Shown: positions 39,952 through 50,353 of the stretch, piece by piece
How positions within the stretch are numbered: position 1 is the stretch's first letter
Layout of the letters: every line of letters begins with the position of its first letter
Assembly: GCA_046331705.1 (NCBI GenBank)
Contig: JAXLQJ010000007.1
Location: forward strand, 62,001 to 126,000
Length of the DNA stretch: 64,000 nt
Origin: a bacterium
GTDB lineage: Bacteria > JADJOY01
Reading direction: 5' to 3'
The notes under the pieces: generated by a model
The model's input: only the letters and a program-made list of their open reading frames with translations
Told to the model about the DNA's origin: nothing
Databases searched by the model: none
Made by a program: the position numbers and the translations under genes

Positions 39952-41586
39952 ATGCCCGAGGTCGTCCTCTTCCAGCCCGCCCTCGGGTACTGGGAGTACT
40001 TCGTCCGCGACGTGCCGATCTCGCTGCTCGCGGTGGCGCGCCACGTGGCGCCGCGTCACGCCGTGGAGCTCGTGGATGGGCGTATCCCGGGATGGCGTGA
40101 GCGGCTCGCTGCCGCGCTCGCCAGCAGGCCGCGTTGCCTCGGCATCACCGTGAAGACCGGTCGGCCGATCACGTTCGCGCTCGAAGCCTCGGCCATCGCG
40201 CGGTCGGTCGCACCGGAAGTACCCATCGTCTGGGGCGGCGTCCATCCCAGCCTCCTACCCGAGCAGACCCTCGCGCACCCACACGTCGACGTGGTGGTGG
40301 AAGGCGAGGCCGAGGAAACCTTTCGCGACCTGGTCGAGGTCTTCGGCAGCGCCGCACCGGACCTCGCGAGCGTGGCGGGCATCTGGTTCCGGCGCGACGG
40401 CGAGATCGTCCGCACCGCCGCGCGCCCGGTGGTGAGCCTCAACGCCCTCACGCCGCTGCCCTACGAGCTGGTGCGCTTCGCCGATTACGAGGGGCGTTCG
40501 GCCCTCGGCGCCGCGCGCGCGGGGTTCTTCGAGACCGGCCGCGGCTGCCCGTGGACCTGTCACTACTGCTACAACGAGCGCTTCCACGACGCGCGCTGGA
40601 GGCCGTTCAAGGCCGACAAGATCGTGGAGAACCTGCGCCATCTGCGCTCGTTCTGGGACGTGTCGACCCTCTATTTCGTCGACGACAGCTTCTTCACCGA
40701 TCCCAAGCGCCCGGTGACCCTGGCGCAGGCGCTCCTCGACGGCGACCACCGCCTGACGTGGCGCTGCGAGGGTTGCGTTCACGACCTCGCCAAGCTCGGC
40801 GCCGCCGACCTCGCGCTGATCCGCCGCGCCGGCTGCGACTGGGTGGCGATGGGAGTCGAGACCGGCTCGGCGCGGCTGCGAGCGAGCTACGACAAGCGTC
40901 TGGACGTCGCCGAGCTCTTCGAGGTCAATCGCCGACTCGGTGCCGCGGGGATCCACGCGAACTTCAACATCATGACCGGATTCCTGGGAGAGACCCGCGA
41001 CGACTTGCGGGCCACCACCCGCCTCGCCCTCGAGCTGCTCGACGCGAACCCAGCGGCGACCGTGCAATCGTTCCAGGCGGCGGTGCCCTATCCCGGCACC
41101 CGCTACGCCGCGACCGTCGAGGAAGCCGGACACGCCCTGCCCGGCCACCTGGAAGAGTGGCAGCGCACCAATCCCGAGGACTGGATGCGTACCGTGCCGT
41201 GGCTGGACGCCAAGGGCCGAAACCTGCTGCGCAGCCTGTTCCTGGCGTCCTTGTTCGTGGACGGGAAGGTGCGCGAGCGCGCGGGCACCGGCCCACGCTC
41301 GTGGCCGCTACGGTTGCTGGGTGCGCTCTACCGCCCCATCGCGCGCTTCCGGATTCGCCATCTGATCGCCGCCTTCCCCATCGAGGCGCTGCTCTTCGAC
41401 ACCTTGCTCAATCACCGCTACGTGCGGGCCACCCGACCGGACGCGGGCGCCCCATCGCCTGCGGCGGCGACCCACCTCCCCGTGCGTGCCACGGTTCTGC
41501 CTCCCGCTGGGCCGCAGGGCGGACACCTCGCCGGCAGTTCCTGGATGGGCGACGAGCGCGCGAAGGCCGCGGAGCTCGCCTCGTGA
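39952..41586 (+). CDS. B12-binding domain radical SAM enzyme
   Basis: VPISLL, VWGGVHPS, GEAE, GRGCPWTCHYC, GVETG and PYPGT motifs. Start approximate. Confidence 0.92.
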   Translation: MPEVVLFQPALGYWEYFVRDVPISLLAVARHVAPRHAVELVDGRIPGWRERLAAALASRPRCLGITVKTGRPITFALEASAIARSVAPEVPIVWGGVHPSLLPEQTLAHPHVDVVVEGEAEETFRDLVEVFGSAAPDLASVAGIWFRRDGEIVRTAARPVVSLNALTPLPYELVRFADYEGRSALGAARAGFFETGRGCPWTCHYCYNERFHDARWRPFKADKIVENLRHLRSFWDVSTLYFVDDSFFTDPKRPVTLAQALLDGDHRLTWRCEGCVHDLAKLGAADLALIRRAGCDWVAMGVETGSARLRASYDKRLDVAELFEVNRRLGAAGIHANFNIMTGFLGETRDDLRATTRLALELLDANPAATVQSFQAAVPYPGTRYAATVEEAGHALPGHLEEWQRTNPEDWMRTVPWLDAKGRNLLRSLFLASLFVDGKVRERAGTGPRSWPLRLLGALYRPIARFRIRHLIAAFPIEALLFDTLLNHRYVRATRPDAGAPSPAAATHLPVRATVLPPAGPQGGHLAGSSWMGDERAKAAELAS

Positions 41587-41662
41587 CCCGGCGGCGGCTC
41601 CCCAGCACCCCGCGGCGCGACGCCGGTCGTGGTCGCATGTAGGCGTCACGCCTCTCGTTTCT

Positions 41663-41692
41663 TTGACAGTGGCCAAAACGGCATGGTACCCA
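41663..41692 (+). promoter_or_regulatory. Possible sigma-70 promoter for the 41857-48830 operon
   Basis: Perfect -35 TTGACA at 41663-41668 in a locally AT-richer patch. Weak extended -10 (TGG-TACCCA). Confidence 0.4.
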
Positions 41693-41856
41693 TCTGCCAC
41701 GCTCCGATGCCGCCGCTGGTGGCTCGGGCCACCCCCCCAAACTCGCTTCGGGCCGCTGCGGCTCGGGGTCGAGGGATCGGGTAACCGGTCCTCGCGTAGC
41801 CGGCACCGCGCCCCCACGGCCCTTCGGCCCGGCGGCACGAGGAGCACGACACCCCG

Positions 41857-42984
41857 ATGGGACTCTGGAAGAACCTCAACGAGGTCTACGAGTTCCGGCG
41901 CGCGAAGCAGAACCTGCTCAACTCCGTCGCCTTCCGCCTCGACCGCCCGCTCACCAAGCCCGAGAACGTCACCTTCCTGCTCACCCACGGCTGCAACCTC
42001 ACTTGCCACATGTGCGAGTGCGGGAGCGTCGGCGTGAACCCCGACGGCGGCGGCTACATCGTCGCCAAGCGCGACGAGATGACGCGCGAGCAGTTCGCCC
42101 ACGTCATCGACCAGCTCGACGATTGGGGCGTGAAGAACCTGATCTTCTCGGGCGGCGAGGTGTTGCTGCGCAAGCACGATCTCTTGGCGCTGGTGCGCCA
42201 CGCAGCCGACAAGGGCTTCAACACCACCGTCGTGTCCAACTCGCTCGCGTGGACCGAGGACCTGGCCCACACCTTCGCGGACGCGGGGCTCACGAACTTC
42301 ACGTCGTCGCTCGACGGCGCGTGCGCCGAGACCCACGACAAGATCCGCGGCAAGCCGGGCTCGTTCGACAAGGTCGTCCGCACGCTGCGGCAGTTCGCGG
42401 CGCTCAAGGCGACCCACCCGCGCCTCTCCACCAACACCACCACGGTGGTGCAGAAGGACAACTGGCGCGAGCTGCCCGACGTCTGCCACCTGCTCACGGA
42501 CGTGGGCGTCACCTGCATCATGTACCAGGCCGTGAGCGGCGATTATCCGCACCTGCTGGTGCCGATCGAGGAGCTCGACGAGTTCAAGGCCGTGCTCGCC
42601 CGGCTGCTCGAGCTCAAGGCCGCGGGCGCGCCGATCTGGAACGGCCCCGAGTACTTCGACACCTTGCCGCGCTATTACACGGAGAAGGTGGTCAACCAGG
42701 GCAAGTTCCACCTCGGCAACTGCCTGGCGGGCTACGACAATCTCATCATCTCCCCCAACGGAACCATCGACATCTGCGGCTACGGGCCCTACGGCGTGAG
42801 CCTCAAGGACGTGCCGCTGCTCGAGCTCTGGCACTCGCAGGCTTACCGCGAGGCGCGCGAGCGCATCGCCAAGTGCGAGACCCAGTGCCTCTATCTCTGC
42901 TACCAGAAGACCGACCTGGGCCAGCTCACCAAGCAGGTCGGAGGTGTCGTGAAGACGTTCGTCGCCGAGGCGCTGCGCAACTGA
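41857..42984 (+). CDS. Radical SAM/SPASM-twitch protein
   Basis: CNLTCHMC, SGGE, SLDG..THDKIRG motifs. Auxiliary Cys CLAG..IC..CETQCLYLC. Confidence 0.92.
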   Translation: MGLWKNLNEVYEFRRAKQNLLNSVAFRLDRPLTKPENVTFLLTHGCNLTCHMCECGSVGVNPDGGGYIVAKRDEMTREQFAHVIDQLDDWGVKNLIFSGGEVLLRKHDLLALVRHAADKGFNTTVVSNSLAWTEDLAHTFADAGLTNFTSSLDGACAETHDKIRGKPGSFDKVVRTLRQFAALKATHPRLSTNTTTVVQKDNWRELPDVCHLLTDVGVTCIMYQAVSGDYPHLLVPIEELDEFKAVLARLLELKAAGAPIWNGPEYFDTLPRYYTEKVVNQGKFHLGNCLAGYDNLIISPNGTIDICGYGPYGVSLKDVPLLELWHSQAYREARERIAKCETQCLYLCYQKTDLGQLTKQVGGVVKTFVAEALRN

Positions 42985-43056
42985 TCGCGCGGGCCGCGAC
43001 GAACGAGAGGCCTTGCGCACCCCCGCGAGACCGCTGATCGAGGAGCGAGGACAGGG

Positions 43057-44589
43057 ATGCCTCAACGCCGCCGCGTGATCCTGGTGCAATGCCCGACCTG
43101 GGCCGCCGAGAAGCCACCGCTCGGGATCCCCTATCTGCTCGCGCACCTGCGCAAGCACGGCCACGACTGTCGCGCCTTCGACTTCAACATCGAGCTCTTC
43201 CACGAGATCGATCCCAAGCACCGGGATCTGTGGAACGAGGGCGCGTACAAGATCTGGATGGACTACCACTTCTTCTCCATCCTCTACCCCGAATACTTCC
43301 CGTTCGCGATGGACGAGACGCGCGAGATCTTCGATCTCGTGAACGCCAAGTCGGCGCTGTGGGCGGACCGCATCCTCGAGAGCGATCCCGGCATCGTCGG
43401 CTTCACGGCGATGGCCAACACCACGCTCTTCGCGCTGGCCACCTGTCGTGAGCTCAAGAAGCGCCGCCCCGAGCTTCCCATCGTCTTCGGCGGACCCAAT
43501 TGCCTGCGCGGCACCAACGAGCGCTTCTTCCTCCAGACCGGCTGGGTGGACGCCGTGATCCCCGGCGAGGGCGAGGAGACGCTGCGCCGCCTGGTGGTCA
43601 CGCTCGAGGAGCACGACGAGCTGCGTCCGATCCCGGGCGTGCTCGTCCGCACGCCCGAGGGCGGGATCGCCGACGGCGGCGAGGCCGAGCTGGTGCGGCC
43701 GCTCGACTCCCTCGCCTTCCCCGACTTCTCGGACTTCTACCCCGAGAAGTACCTCTACAAGTTCGAAGAGCTGCCCATGACGCTGAGCCGCGGCTGTGTG
43801 GCCAAGTGCTCGTTCTGCATCGACTGGATCTTCTGGGAAGCGATGCGCTTCCGCAGCGCCGACAACATCGTCGCGGAGATGAATCACCACCGCACCCGTT
43901 ACGGCGCCAACCGCTTCTACTTCAACGACCTCATCTTCAACGGCAACCTTCGCCAGGTCGAGGGCATGTGCGACCAGCTGGTCGCGCAGGGATCGCCGTT
44001 CCACTGGAGCGGCAACGCGCGCGTCCGGCCCATGATGAAGCCCGAGCTGCTGCGCAAGCTCTACCACGCGGGCTGCAGGAACATTCACTACGGCCTCGAG
44101 CACGGCAGCCAACGCATGCTCGATCTCATGCACAAGAGCCTGAAGATCGAGGACTACTCGACGGCGATGCGCAACGGTCATCGCGCCGGCATCCGCTTCT
44201 CGGTGAGCCTCATCCTCGGACCACCCACCGAGACGTTCTGGGACTACCTCCAGTGCATGCTCTTCGTGGCGCGCCATCGCCATTGCCTGAAGGAGGTCCA
44301 CGTGGGCAGCCTGCTCTTGATGCGGGGCTCGCCGCTCTGGAAGGACCTCGACCAATACGGCATCGTGCTTCCCGAGAAGCTCTCGTTCCCGCCCGAGCTG
44401 GCGCACTGCGAGGGCTACACCTACCCCTTCTTGCACAACTGGGAAACGCGCGACGGCAAGAACACGCGCGACAAGCGCGAGCGCAACATGCTCTTCTTCC
44501 GCAAGGTGGTCCGCTGGCTGGGCATGGAAGAGAATCAAGCGGGGAGCGAGCTGGAAGAGTTCTACGAAGCCCAGCTCGCGCAGGCATGA
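43057..44589 (+). CDS. B12-binding domain radical SAM enzyme
   Basis: PPLGIPYL, FGGP, GEGE, SRGCVAKCSFC and GLEHGS motifs. Confidence 0.92.
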   Translation: MPQRRRVILVQCPTWAAEKPPLGIPYLLAHLRKHGHDCRAFDFNIELFHEIDPKHRDLWNEGAYKIWMDYHFFSILYPEYFPFAMDETREIFDLVNAKSALWADRILESDPGIVGFTAMANTTLFALATCRELKKRRPELPIVFGGPNCLRGTNERFFLQTGWVDAVIPGEGEETLRRLVVTLEEHDELRPIPGVLVRTPEGGIADGGEAELVRPLDSLAFPDFSDFYPEKYLYKFEELPMTLSRGCVAKCSFCIDWIFWEAMRFRSADNIVAEMNHHRTRYGANRFYFNDLIFNGNLRQVEGMCDQLVAQGSPFHWSGNARVRPMMKPELLRKLYHAGCRNIHYGLEHGSQRMLDLMHKSLKIEDYSTAMRNGHRAGIRFSVSLILGPPTETFWDYLQCMLFVARHRHCLKEVHVGSLLLMRGSPLWKDLDQYGIVLPEKLSFPPELAHCEGYTYPFLHNWETRDGKNTRDKRERNMLFFRKVVRWLGMEENQAGSELEEFYEAQLAQA

Positions 44590-45875
44590 GCGAGCGCGCG
44601 ACCATGGCCTTCTCCTCGATCACGTCGGCGTTCTCGGGCGCCGGGCCGCTGGTGAACCGCTGGGCCAGCGCCGTCCGCGAGGGGGCCAAGCGCCTGCTGG
44701 CGCCGCGACCGGTCTCCCTCGAGCCCGGCGTGACCCCGCCGCCGTCGATCAATCCGGACACGTTCCTGTGTGTCGAGATGACCGACCACTGCGATCTCGC
44801 GTGCCGCATGTGCGACCAGGTGCTGCGCGAGCTGCCGCATTTCATGGCCAAGGGCTTCTTGCCCGTCGAGACCTGGGAGAAGATCCTCGGCGATCTCAAG
44901 CGCGGCGGCGTCCACCTCCACGGGCTCTCGCCCATCTGGGTGGGCGAGTCGCTGCTGCATCCCGAGTTCCCGCGGATGCTCCGCTACGCGTTCGATCTCA
45001 ACGCGCACAACTCGCTCTTCGACGCGTTCTCGATCAACACCAACGCGACGTCGCTCACGCCCGAGGCCACCGAGGCCATCCTCGACGCCGCCAATCGCCC
45101 CGACATCCGGGAGAACACCTTCTGGGGACTGGTGATGTCCATCGACGCCACCACTCCCGAGGTCTACGCGGCGATCAAGAAGAAGGAGCGCCTCGCGCGG
45201 GTCGAGGAGAACTGCCGTCACTTCATCCGCCGCCAGCTCGAGCGCGGTCACCGCTTCCCGCTGCCGATCCTCAAGTTCATCGTGATGGCCGAGAACGTCC
45301 ACGAGGCGAAGCCCTTCCTCGAGCGCTGGTCGAGGTTCTACGAAGAGCTCGGCATCGACTTCCAGGTCAACTACGACTACCAGCCGCCGATCGTGAAGCC
45401 CTGCATCTTCTTCGACAAGTTCATCGGCGAGGACCCGCCCGCCGACGAGGAGCGCCATCGGCAGGTGGCTCTCGAGCTCGGGCTCATCGCCGCGGATGTC
45501 GCCGAGCGCAAGGAGCGGATCGTCCAGAGCGACGAGCAGGTCGGCGCGCACGCCGTGCGACGCCCCTGCCCGGCGCTCTGGAAATCCCCGATGGTGGCGC
45601 AAAACGGCGACGTCGCCCCCTGCTGCCACGACTCCGGACTCGAGCTCAAGATCGGCAATCTGAAGACCGACGACTTCATGGAGCTCTGGACCAAGGGGAA
45701 GGTGGTCGAGTACCGGATCAAGCACGTGGTCGGCGACTTCGATTTCGGTCCCTGCAAGTACTGTCCGAACCAACGCCACCCGACGATCAGCGACGACGAG
45801 ATCGTCGCCTACCTGCGCGACATCGGCCGCGCCGACCTGGTCCGCCGCTACCTCCGCCGCATCGCCGCCGGCTGA
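44586..45875 (+). CDS. Radical SAM/SPASM-twitch protein (BtrN-like dehydrogenase type)
   Basis: CDLACRMC, WVGES, INTN and SIDA motifs. Auxiliary Cys RRPC..PCCHD..CKYC. ATGA overlap with the upstream B12-rSAM gene. Confidence 0.9.
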   Translation: MSERATMAFSSITSAFSGAGPLVNRWASAVREGAKRLLAPRPVSLEPGVTPPPSINPDTFLCVEMTDHCDLACRMCDQVLRELPHFMAKGFLPVETWEKILGDLKRGGVHLHGLSPIWVGESLLHPEFPRMLRYAFDLNAHNSLFDAFSINTNATSLTPEATEAILDAANRPDIRENTFWGLVMSIDATTPEVYAAIKKKERLARVEENCRHFIRRQLERGHRFPLPILKFIVMAENVHEAKPFLERWSRFYEELGIDFQVNYDYQPPIVKPCIFFDKFIGEDPPADEERHRQVALELGLIAADVAERKERIVQSDEQVGAHAVRRPCPALWKSPMVAQNGDVAPCCHDSGLELKIGNLKTDDFMELWTKGKVVEYRIKHVVGDFDFGPCKYCPNQRHPTISDDEIVAYLRDIGRADLVRRYLRRIAAG

Positions 45876-45971
45876 TAGGATCCGCCGCGCGGCGGCCCGC
45901 CTCCCGACCGCGCGGCGCGGCGGCTCGCTCGCCGGCGCGTACCGGGCGCCGACGAGCCGTGCGCCCAGCGC

Positions 45972-48026
45972 ATGCGGCCCCCTTCGCTCATGGCCTCGCT
46001 TCGCGAACGCGCTCGGTGGCGGCTGCGCCACGTGGCGGCGTCCGCAGGCCTCGTGGACACCTTCGCGCCGGCGGCGATCCTCGTGCTCGGCGGCTGGCTC
46101 AGGCTGCGTGAGCTGAGCTGGACACGCTTCACGTCCGATCAGGCGAATCTCCTCGGCGCGATCCGCGGGCTGGTCCGCTACGGTCGCTGGCCGACGCTCG
46201 GACCGGACATCGGACCCGGCTTCTGGCAGTGGGGGCACCTGGGGCCGGCCCACTTCTATCTCTCCGCACCGGCGTTCTGGGCGAGCGACGGCTTGCCTGA
46301 GGCGATCGTCGCGTTCGTGGCTCTGCTCCACGTGGCGGGCCTCGCCTGCGTGATGCGCGTGGGACGCCAGTTCATCGCGCCGCGCGCTGGGCTGGCGGCG
46401 GGGCTGCTGCTGGCGGTGGCGCCTTATCCGGTCTTCGTTTCCCGCGAGCTCGTGAACTTCACGTTCGTGCCGCCGGTGGTGGCGCTCTTGCTCCTGGCGA
46501 CGTTGAACGCGGCGGTGGCGGGGCGACTTCGCTGGCTCGCCGTGGCGCTTCCGTGTGTCGCGTTCCTCGTTCAGGTGCACGCCAGCACCTGGGCGCTCGC
46601 CCCCTTGCCGCTGGTCGCGGTGGTGGCGGCCCGCGGGCGCTGGCGAGCGTTCCTGTCCGCGAGCCTGCTCGGCGTCGCGGTCTCGGCCGTCGTTCTCGCG
46701 CCGTATCTGTGGGGCCAGGTTCACGATGGCTTCCGCGACTTGCGGCTCTTCCTGCACGCGGCGGCGGTGGGGCAAGCGAACGAAGCCGAGGTCCCGTTCC
46801 CGAACCTCGCAGGACTCGCGTTCGCGTTCGATGCGCTTCACGCCCTGCCCCACGATCCCTACGTGGCCACGCCGGCGGACGCCGCGGTGGCAGGGGTGGC
46901 GCGTGCGCTGGTCGCTGCGGGAGCGCTGCTCGCCGTCGCCTCCGTCCTCGACGGCGTGCGGCGACGGCGCCTCGAGCGCGGCACGATTCGCGATGTGGCG
47001 TTGGCGTTCGCGTTCCTGGCGGCGCCGCTGGCGCTGATCCGCTTCCGCCACGAGCTCTACCATCGCCACGTGATCGCCGCGGCACCCGTCGCCGCGCTCT
47101 TGGTGGCGCGCGCCTTCGCCGCGAGCTCGGCTCGGTCACGATGGCTGCGCGCGTTGGGAGGCACGGTGATCGCCGGTCTCGCCATCGCGCTCACCGCGCG
47201 GACCCTCGCGCACCAGCGCGCGGTCGTCACCGAGCACCGCATCGCCGGCGGGATCCCGCTCGCCGTGCAGGAGGAGCTGGCCCACGCGTTGAGCGTCGCA
47301 GGCGGGTTGCGCTGGGATTCGAGCGAGCGATTGCGCATGCCCGGCCAGGACGACTCGCGCTTCGGCTTGCGCTACCTCCTCGAGGAGCTCGCGCCGCGCA
47401 CGGTCAGCGACCGCGCGCGGGCCGTCGCCCCGCGCAGCTGGTTCACCGTGGCGGAGCGGCATTCCTGGGATGCTGCCGGGCCGCTCGCGCCCGACCTCGC
47501 GTGGCTCGCGGCCGGCCCGTATCCGGTCGCCGTCACCCGCTCCCCGATCCCTCGCGATGCCGTCGAGCTGCGAACCGGGGATGCCGCGGCGATCCGCACG
47601 GCGCTGCCCTGGAGCGGGACCAGCGCCGCGGCGACGGCGGAGATCACGGCGCACCCCGCGCGCCCGGCCGACGCGGTTGCGAAGGAGTCGATCTGGCTGG
47701 TCACGACCAACGGGTGCGTCGACGGCGTGTGGGCGGACGGCACCCGCATCCACGCGAGCCATTGCACGGGCAGCGCCGCGTCACACCCGTGGCCGCGCGC
47801 GGAAGGCTTCGTTCTTCCCGTACCTTCTGGCACAATCCGCGTCGCTCTCCGCCACGGCGGCCCCGGGCTCTGGATCGACCTATGCGAGCTTCCCTTCGCT
47901 CCCCCACCGCGCCCCGCGGCACCTGCCGCCGCGATCGAGTGGGCGGGCATCACGATTCATCGGCCCGACGCCGCGAGCACCGAGCCACCGCTCGGCGGCG
48001 GTCCGGCAGCGCGCTTCCTGCGATGA
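45972..48026 (+). CDS. GT-C fold glycosyltransferase (ArnT/PMT family-like) with C-terminal periplasmic domain
   Basis: Many TM helices. LRLRELS..FTSDQA first-loop acidic motif and HLGPAHFYL. Confidence 0.75.
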   Translation: MRPPSLMASLRERARWRLRHVAASAGLVDTFAPAAILVLGGWLRLRELSWTRFTSDQANLLGAIRGLVRYGRWPTLGPDIGPGFWQWGHLGPAHFYLSAPAFWASDGLPEAIVAFVALLHVAGLACVMRVGRQFIAPRAGLAAGLLLAVAPYPVFVSRELVNFTFVPPVVALLLLATLNAAVAGRLRWLAVALPCVAFLVQVHASTWALAPLPLVAVVAARGRWRAFLSASLLGVAVSAVVLAPYLWGQVHDGFRDLRLFLHAAAVGQANEAEVPFPNLAGLAFAFDALHALPHDPYVATPADAAVAGVARALVAAGALLAVASVLDGVRRRRLERGTIRDVALAFAFLAAPLALIRFRHELYHRHVIAAAPVAALLVARAFAASSARSRWLRALGGTVIAGLAIALTARTLAHQRAVVTEHRIAGGIPLAVQEELAHALSVAGGLRWDSSERLRMPGQDDSRFGLRYLLEELAPRTVSDRARAVAPRSWFTVAERHSWDAAGPLAPDLAWLAAGPYPVAVTRSPIPRDAVELRTGDAAAIRTALPWSGTSAAATAEITAHPARPADAVAKESIWLVTTNGCVDGVWADGTRIHASHCTGSAASHPWPRAEGFVLPVPSGTIRVALRHGGPGLWIDLCELPFAPPPRPAAPAAAIEWAGITIHRPDAASTEPPLGGGPAARFLR

Positions 48027-48110
48027 CGCGCGCAAACGCGCGGACCCAGCCGCCGGCGCGACGCGCCGCGAATCCTGCGCGGCTCGCGACCCACCGGGAT
48101 TCCCGCGACC

Positions 48111-48830
48111 GTGCGTGACGACGGCGACGGGGATCGCGCGATCGTCGTCATCCCGACGCTCGACGAGGCCGAGAACATCGGGCCCCTCGCCGCCGAGTTG
48201 CTGGCGCTGCCCGATCGGCTGGACCTGCTCGTGGTCGACGACTCGTCCCGCGACGGCACCGCGGAGCGGGTGCGGGCGATCGCCCGCGAGACCCAGCGCG
48301 TCCACCTCCTCGAGCGCCCGCGTCGCCTCGGTCTCGGCACCGCGTATCGCGACGGCTTTCGCTGGGCGCTGGAACGCGGCTACGGCCGGCTCGTCCAGAT
48401 GGACGCCGACCATTCCCATCGACCCGAGGACGTGCCGCGGCTGCTCGAGGCGCTCACGCGCGCGGACATCGCGGTCGGGTCGCGCTACCTGCCGGCCAGC
48501 CGCATCACGGGCTGGCCGAGGCGTCGCTGGCTGCTCTCGCGGTGCGCCGCGCTCTACGTCGCCCCGATCCTCGGGCTCGGTGTCTCGGACCCGATGGGCG
48601 GCTTCAAGGCGTACCGCGCGGCCGCGCTCAGCCGCATGGGGCTCGACGCGTTCCAGGCCACCGGCTACCTCTTCCAGGCGGAGAGCCTGTTTCGCGCCTC
48701 GCGCGCCGGCTGCAGCCTGGAGGAAGTCGCCATCCACTTCCGCGACCGCGCAGCGGGGGTGAGCAAGATGACGGGTGGCATCATCCTCGAGGCGGCGCTC
48801 GGTCCCTTTCGCATTCGCTTCGGACGCTGA
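48111..48830 (+). CDS. Polyprenol-phosphate mannose (hexose) synthase, DPM1-like GT2
   Basis: IPTLDEAEN, VVDDSSRDGT, GLGTAY, QMDADHSH and GSRY motifs. Confidence 0.9.
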   Translation: MRDDGDGDRAIVVIPTLDEAENIGPLAAELLALPDRLDLLVVDDSSRDGTAERVRAIARETQRVHLLERPRRLGLGTAYRDGFRWALERGYGRLVQMDADHSHRPEDVPRLLEALTRADIAVGSRYLPASRITGWPRRRWLLSRCAALYVAPILGLGVSDPMGGFKAYRAAALSRMGLDAFQATGYLFQAESLFRASRAGCSLEEVAIHFRDRAAGVSKMTGGIILEAALGPFRIRFGR

Positions 48831-48866
48831 CGCGCGCACTCGGCGCGACGGCAGCTCGGACAGCGC

Positions 48867-50333
48867 TCAGCTCGCCTGGCCCGCGACGGGTGCGCCGAGG
48901 TTGCTCGGATCCCAGCCGCCTCCGAGCGCCTTGTAGAGCGCCACCAGCTCGAAGGCCACCACGCCGTCGCTCACCACCACGGCGTCCTCGGCGGCGTAGA
49001 GCGTCCGCTCGGCGTCGAGGACCTGCAGAAACGTGGCCAGGCCGTTCCGGTAGAGATCGCGCGCCAGCTCGACGGCACGGCGGCTGGCGTCGGCCGCCGC
49101 CACCAATTGCCCGTGCCGCACGCGCTCGCGCGCGAAGCCGCTGAGCGCGTTCTCGACGTCCTCCAGCGACTCGAGCACCGCCTTGCGATAGGCCTCGAGC
49201 GCCTGCTGCTCGCGCGCATCCGCGGCCTCGATCTGCGCGCGGATCCGGCCGCCTTCGAAGATCGGCCAGCGGATCGAGGGGCCGAGCGAGTACGTCCGGC
49301 TCGCCACGTCGAGGAAATCGCCGATCGCGATCGATTCGAGCCCCAGCGCTCCGGTGAGCGCGAAGCTGGGGAAGAGCTCCGCCGTGGCCACGCCGATCCG
49401 CGCGGTGGCGGCCGCCAATCCGCGCTCGGCTCGGCGCAGGTCCGGACGCCGGCGCAACAACTCGGACGGAAGCCCGACCGGGATCCGCCGTGCCAGCGCC
49501 TCGGGATCGGAAGCACCAGGGATGTCCGCGTGGACCGCGAGCTCGCCGCGCAGCGCTTCCGGCGCTCGCCCCAGAAGCACGCCGAGCCGGTGCAACGCGC
49601 GATCGCGCTCGGCTTCGAGCCGTGGTCGGGCGGCCTCGGTGGTCGCGAGCAAGGCACGCGATTGAGCGACGTCGAGCTCGCCGGCGAGGCCGGCGCGGAA
49701 GCGATCCTCGGTGAGCGCGAGCGAGCTTCGCTGGCTCGCGAGGTTTCGATCCGCGATCGCCGACCGACGCTCGCTCCCGCGCAGCGTGACGTAGGTGCGC
49801 GCGACCTCCGCGGCCAGCAGCACCTGGACGTCACGCACTCCCTCTTCGGCCGCCTCGACCTCGGCCCGCGCCGCCTCCACCGCGCGACGCCGGCCGCCGA
49901 ACACGTCGATCTCCCACGACGCGTCGAACCCCGCTTGAAAGAGATCGAACTCGGGATCGGGCAAGAACCCGCCGATGAAGCCCTGACCGCTGAGGCGCTC
50001 GCGCGTGTACGCCGCCTGGCTGCCGAGCGCCGGCGTGTCGCCGGCTCCGCTCACCCGCTCGGCAGCGCGCGCTTCCCGGACGCGCGCGCGGGCCATCGCC
50101 ACGTCGAGGCTGGCCTCGAGCGAGCGCTCCACCAACGAGCTCAGCGTGGGATCGCCGAACGATCGCCACCAGCGCGCCAGGATCTGCGCGTCCTCGGTGC
50201 CGCTCGGCGAGGCGTTCGCCGCGGCGCCGCGCGACCACGCGTTCGGCAGCTCGAGGGGCGGCGGCGCGTAGTCGGGCCCCACCGTACAGCTCGCCAACCC
50301 GATCGCGATCCCGAGGGCCGCCGCGCGCCGCAT
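48867..50333 (-). CDS. Efflux outer-membrane factor lipoprotein (NodT/OprM/TolC family)
   Basis: Lipobox LASC-TVGPDY, SWEIDVFG, PSELLRRRPD and LYKALGGGW motifs. Confidence 0.93.
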   Translation of the reverse strand: MRRAAALGIAIGLASCTVGPDYAPPPLELPNAWSRGAAANASPSGTEDAQILARWWRSFGDPTLSSLVERSLEASLDVAMARARVREARAAERVSGAGDTPALGSQAAYTRERLSGQGFIGGFLPDPEFDLFQAGFDASWEIDVFGGRRRAVEAARAEVEAAEEGVRDVQVLLAAEVARTYVTLRGSERRSAIADRNLASQRSSLALTEDRFRAGLAGELDVAQSRALLATTEAARPRLEAERDRALHRLGVLLGRAPEALRGELAVHADIPGASDPEALARRIPVGLPSELLRRRPDLRRAERGLAAATARIGVATAELFPSFALTGALGLESIAIGDFLDVASRTYSLGPSIRWPIFEGGRIRAQIEAADAREQQALEAYRKAVLESLEDVENALSGFARERVRHGQLVAAADASRRAVELARDLYRNGLATFLQVLDAERTLYAAEDAVVVSDGVVAFELVALYKALGGGWDPSNLGAPVAGQAS

Positions 50334-50353
50334 CCCGCTCCTCCTCGTCCTCG

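Noticed and set aside
41308-44538. 1076-aa minus-strand ORF, and many similar long antisense or alternate-frame ORFs (e.g. 12631-15225, 57588-60260, 44562-47069)
   Set aside because: Shadow ORFs of motif-bearing genes, caused by scarce stop codons at high GC. They show no recognisable motifs.
48023-48118. 31-codon ORF (MTRANARTQPP...) coupled by ATGA to the GT-C stop
   Set aside because: Low-complexity Arg/Ala sequence with no precursor-like features. Probably chance, or only a translational bridge.
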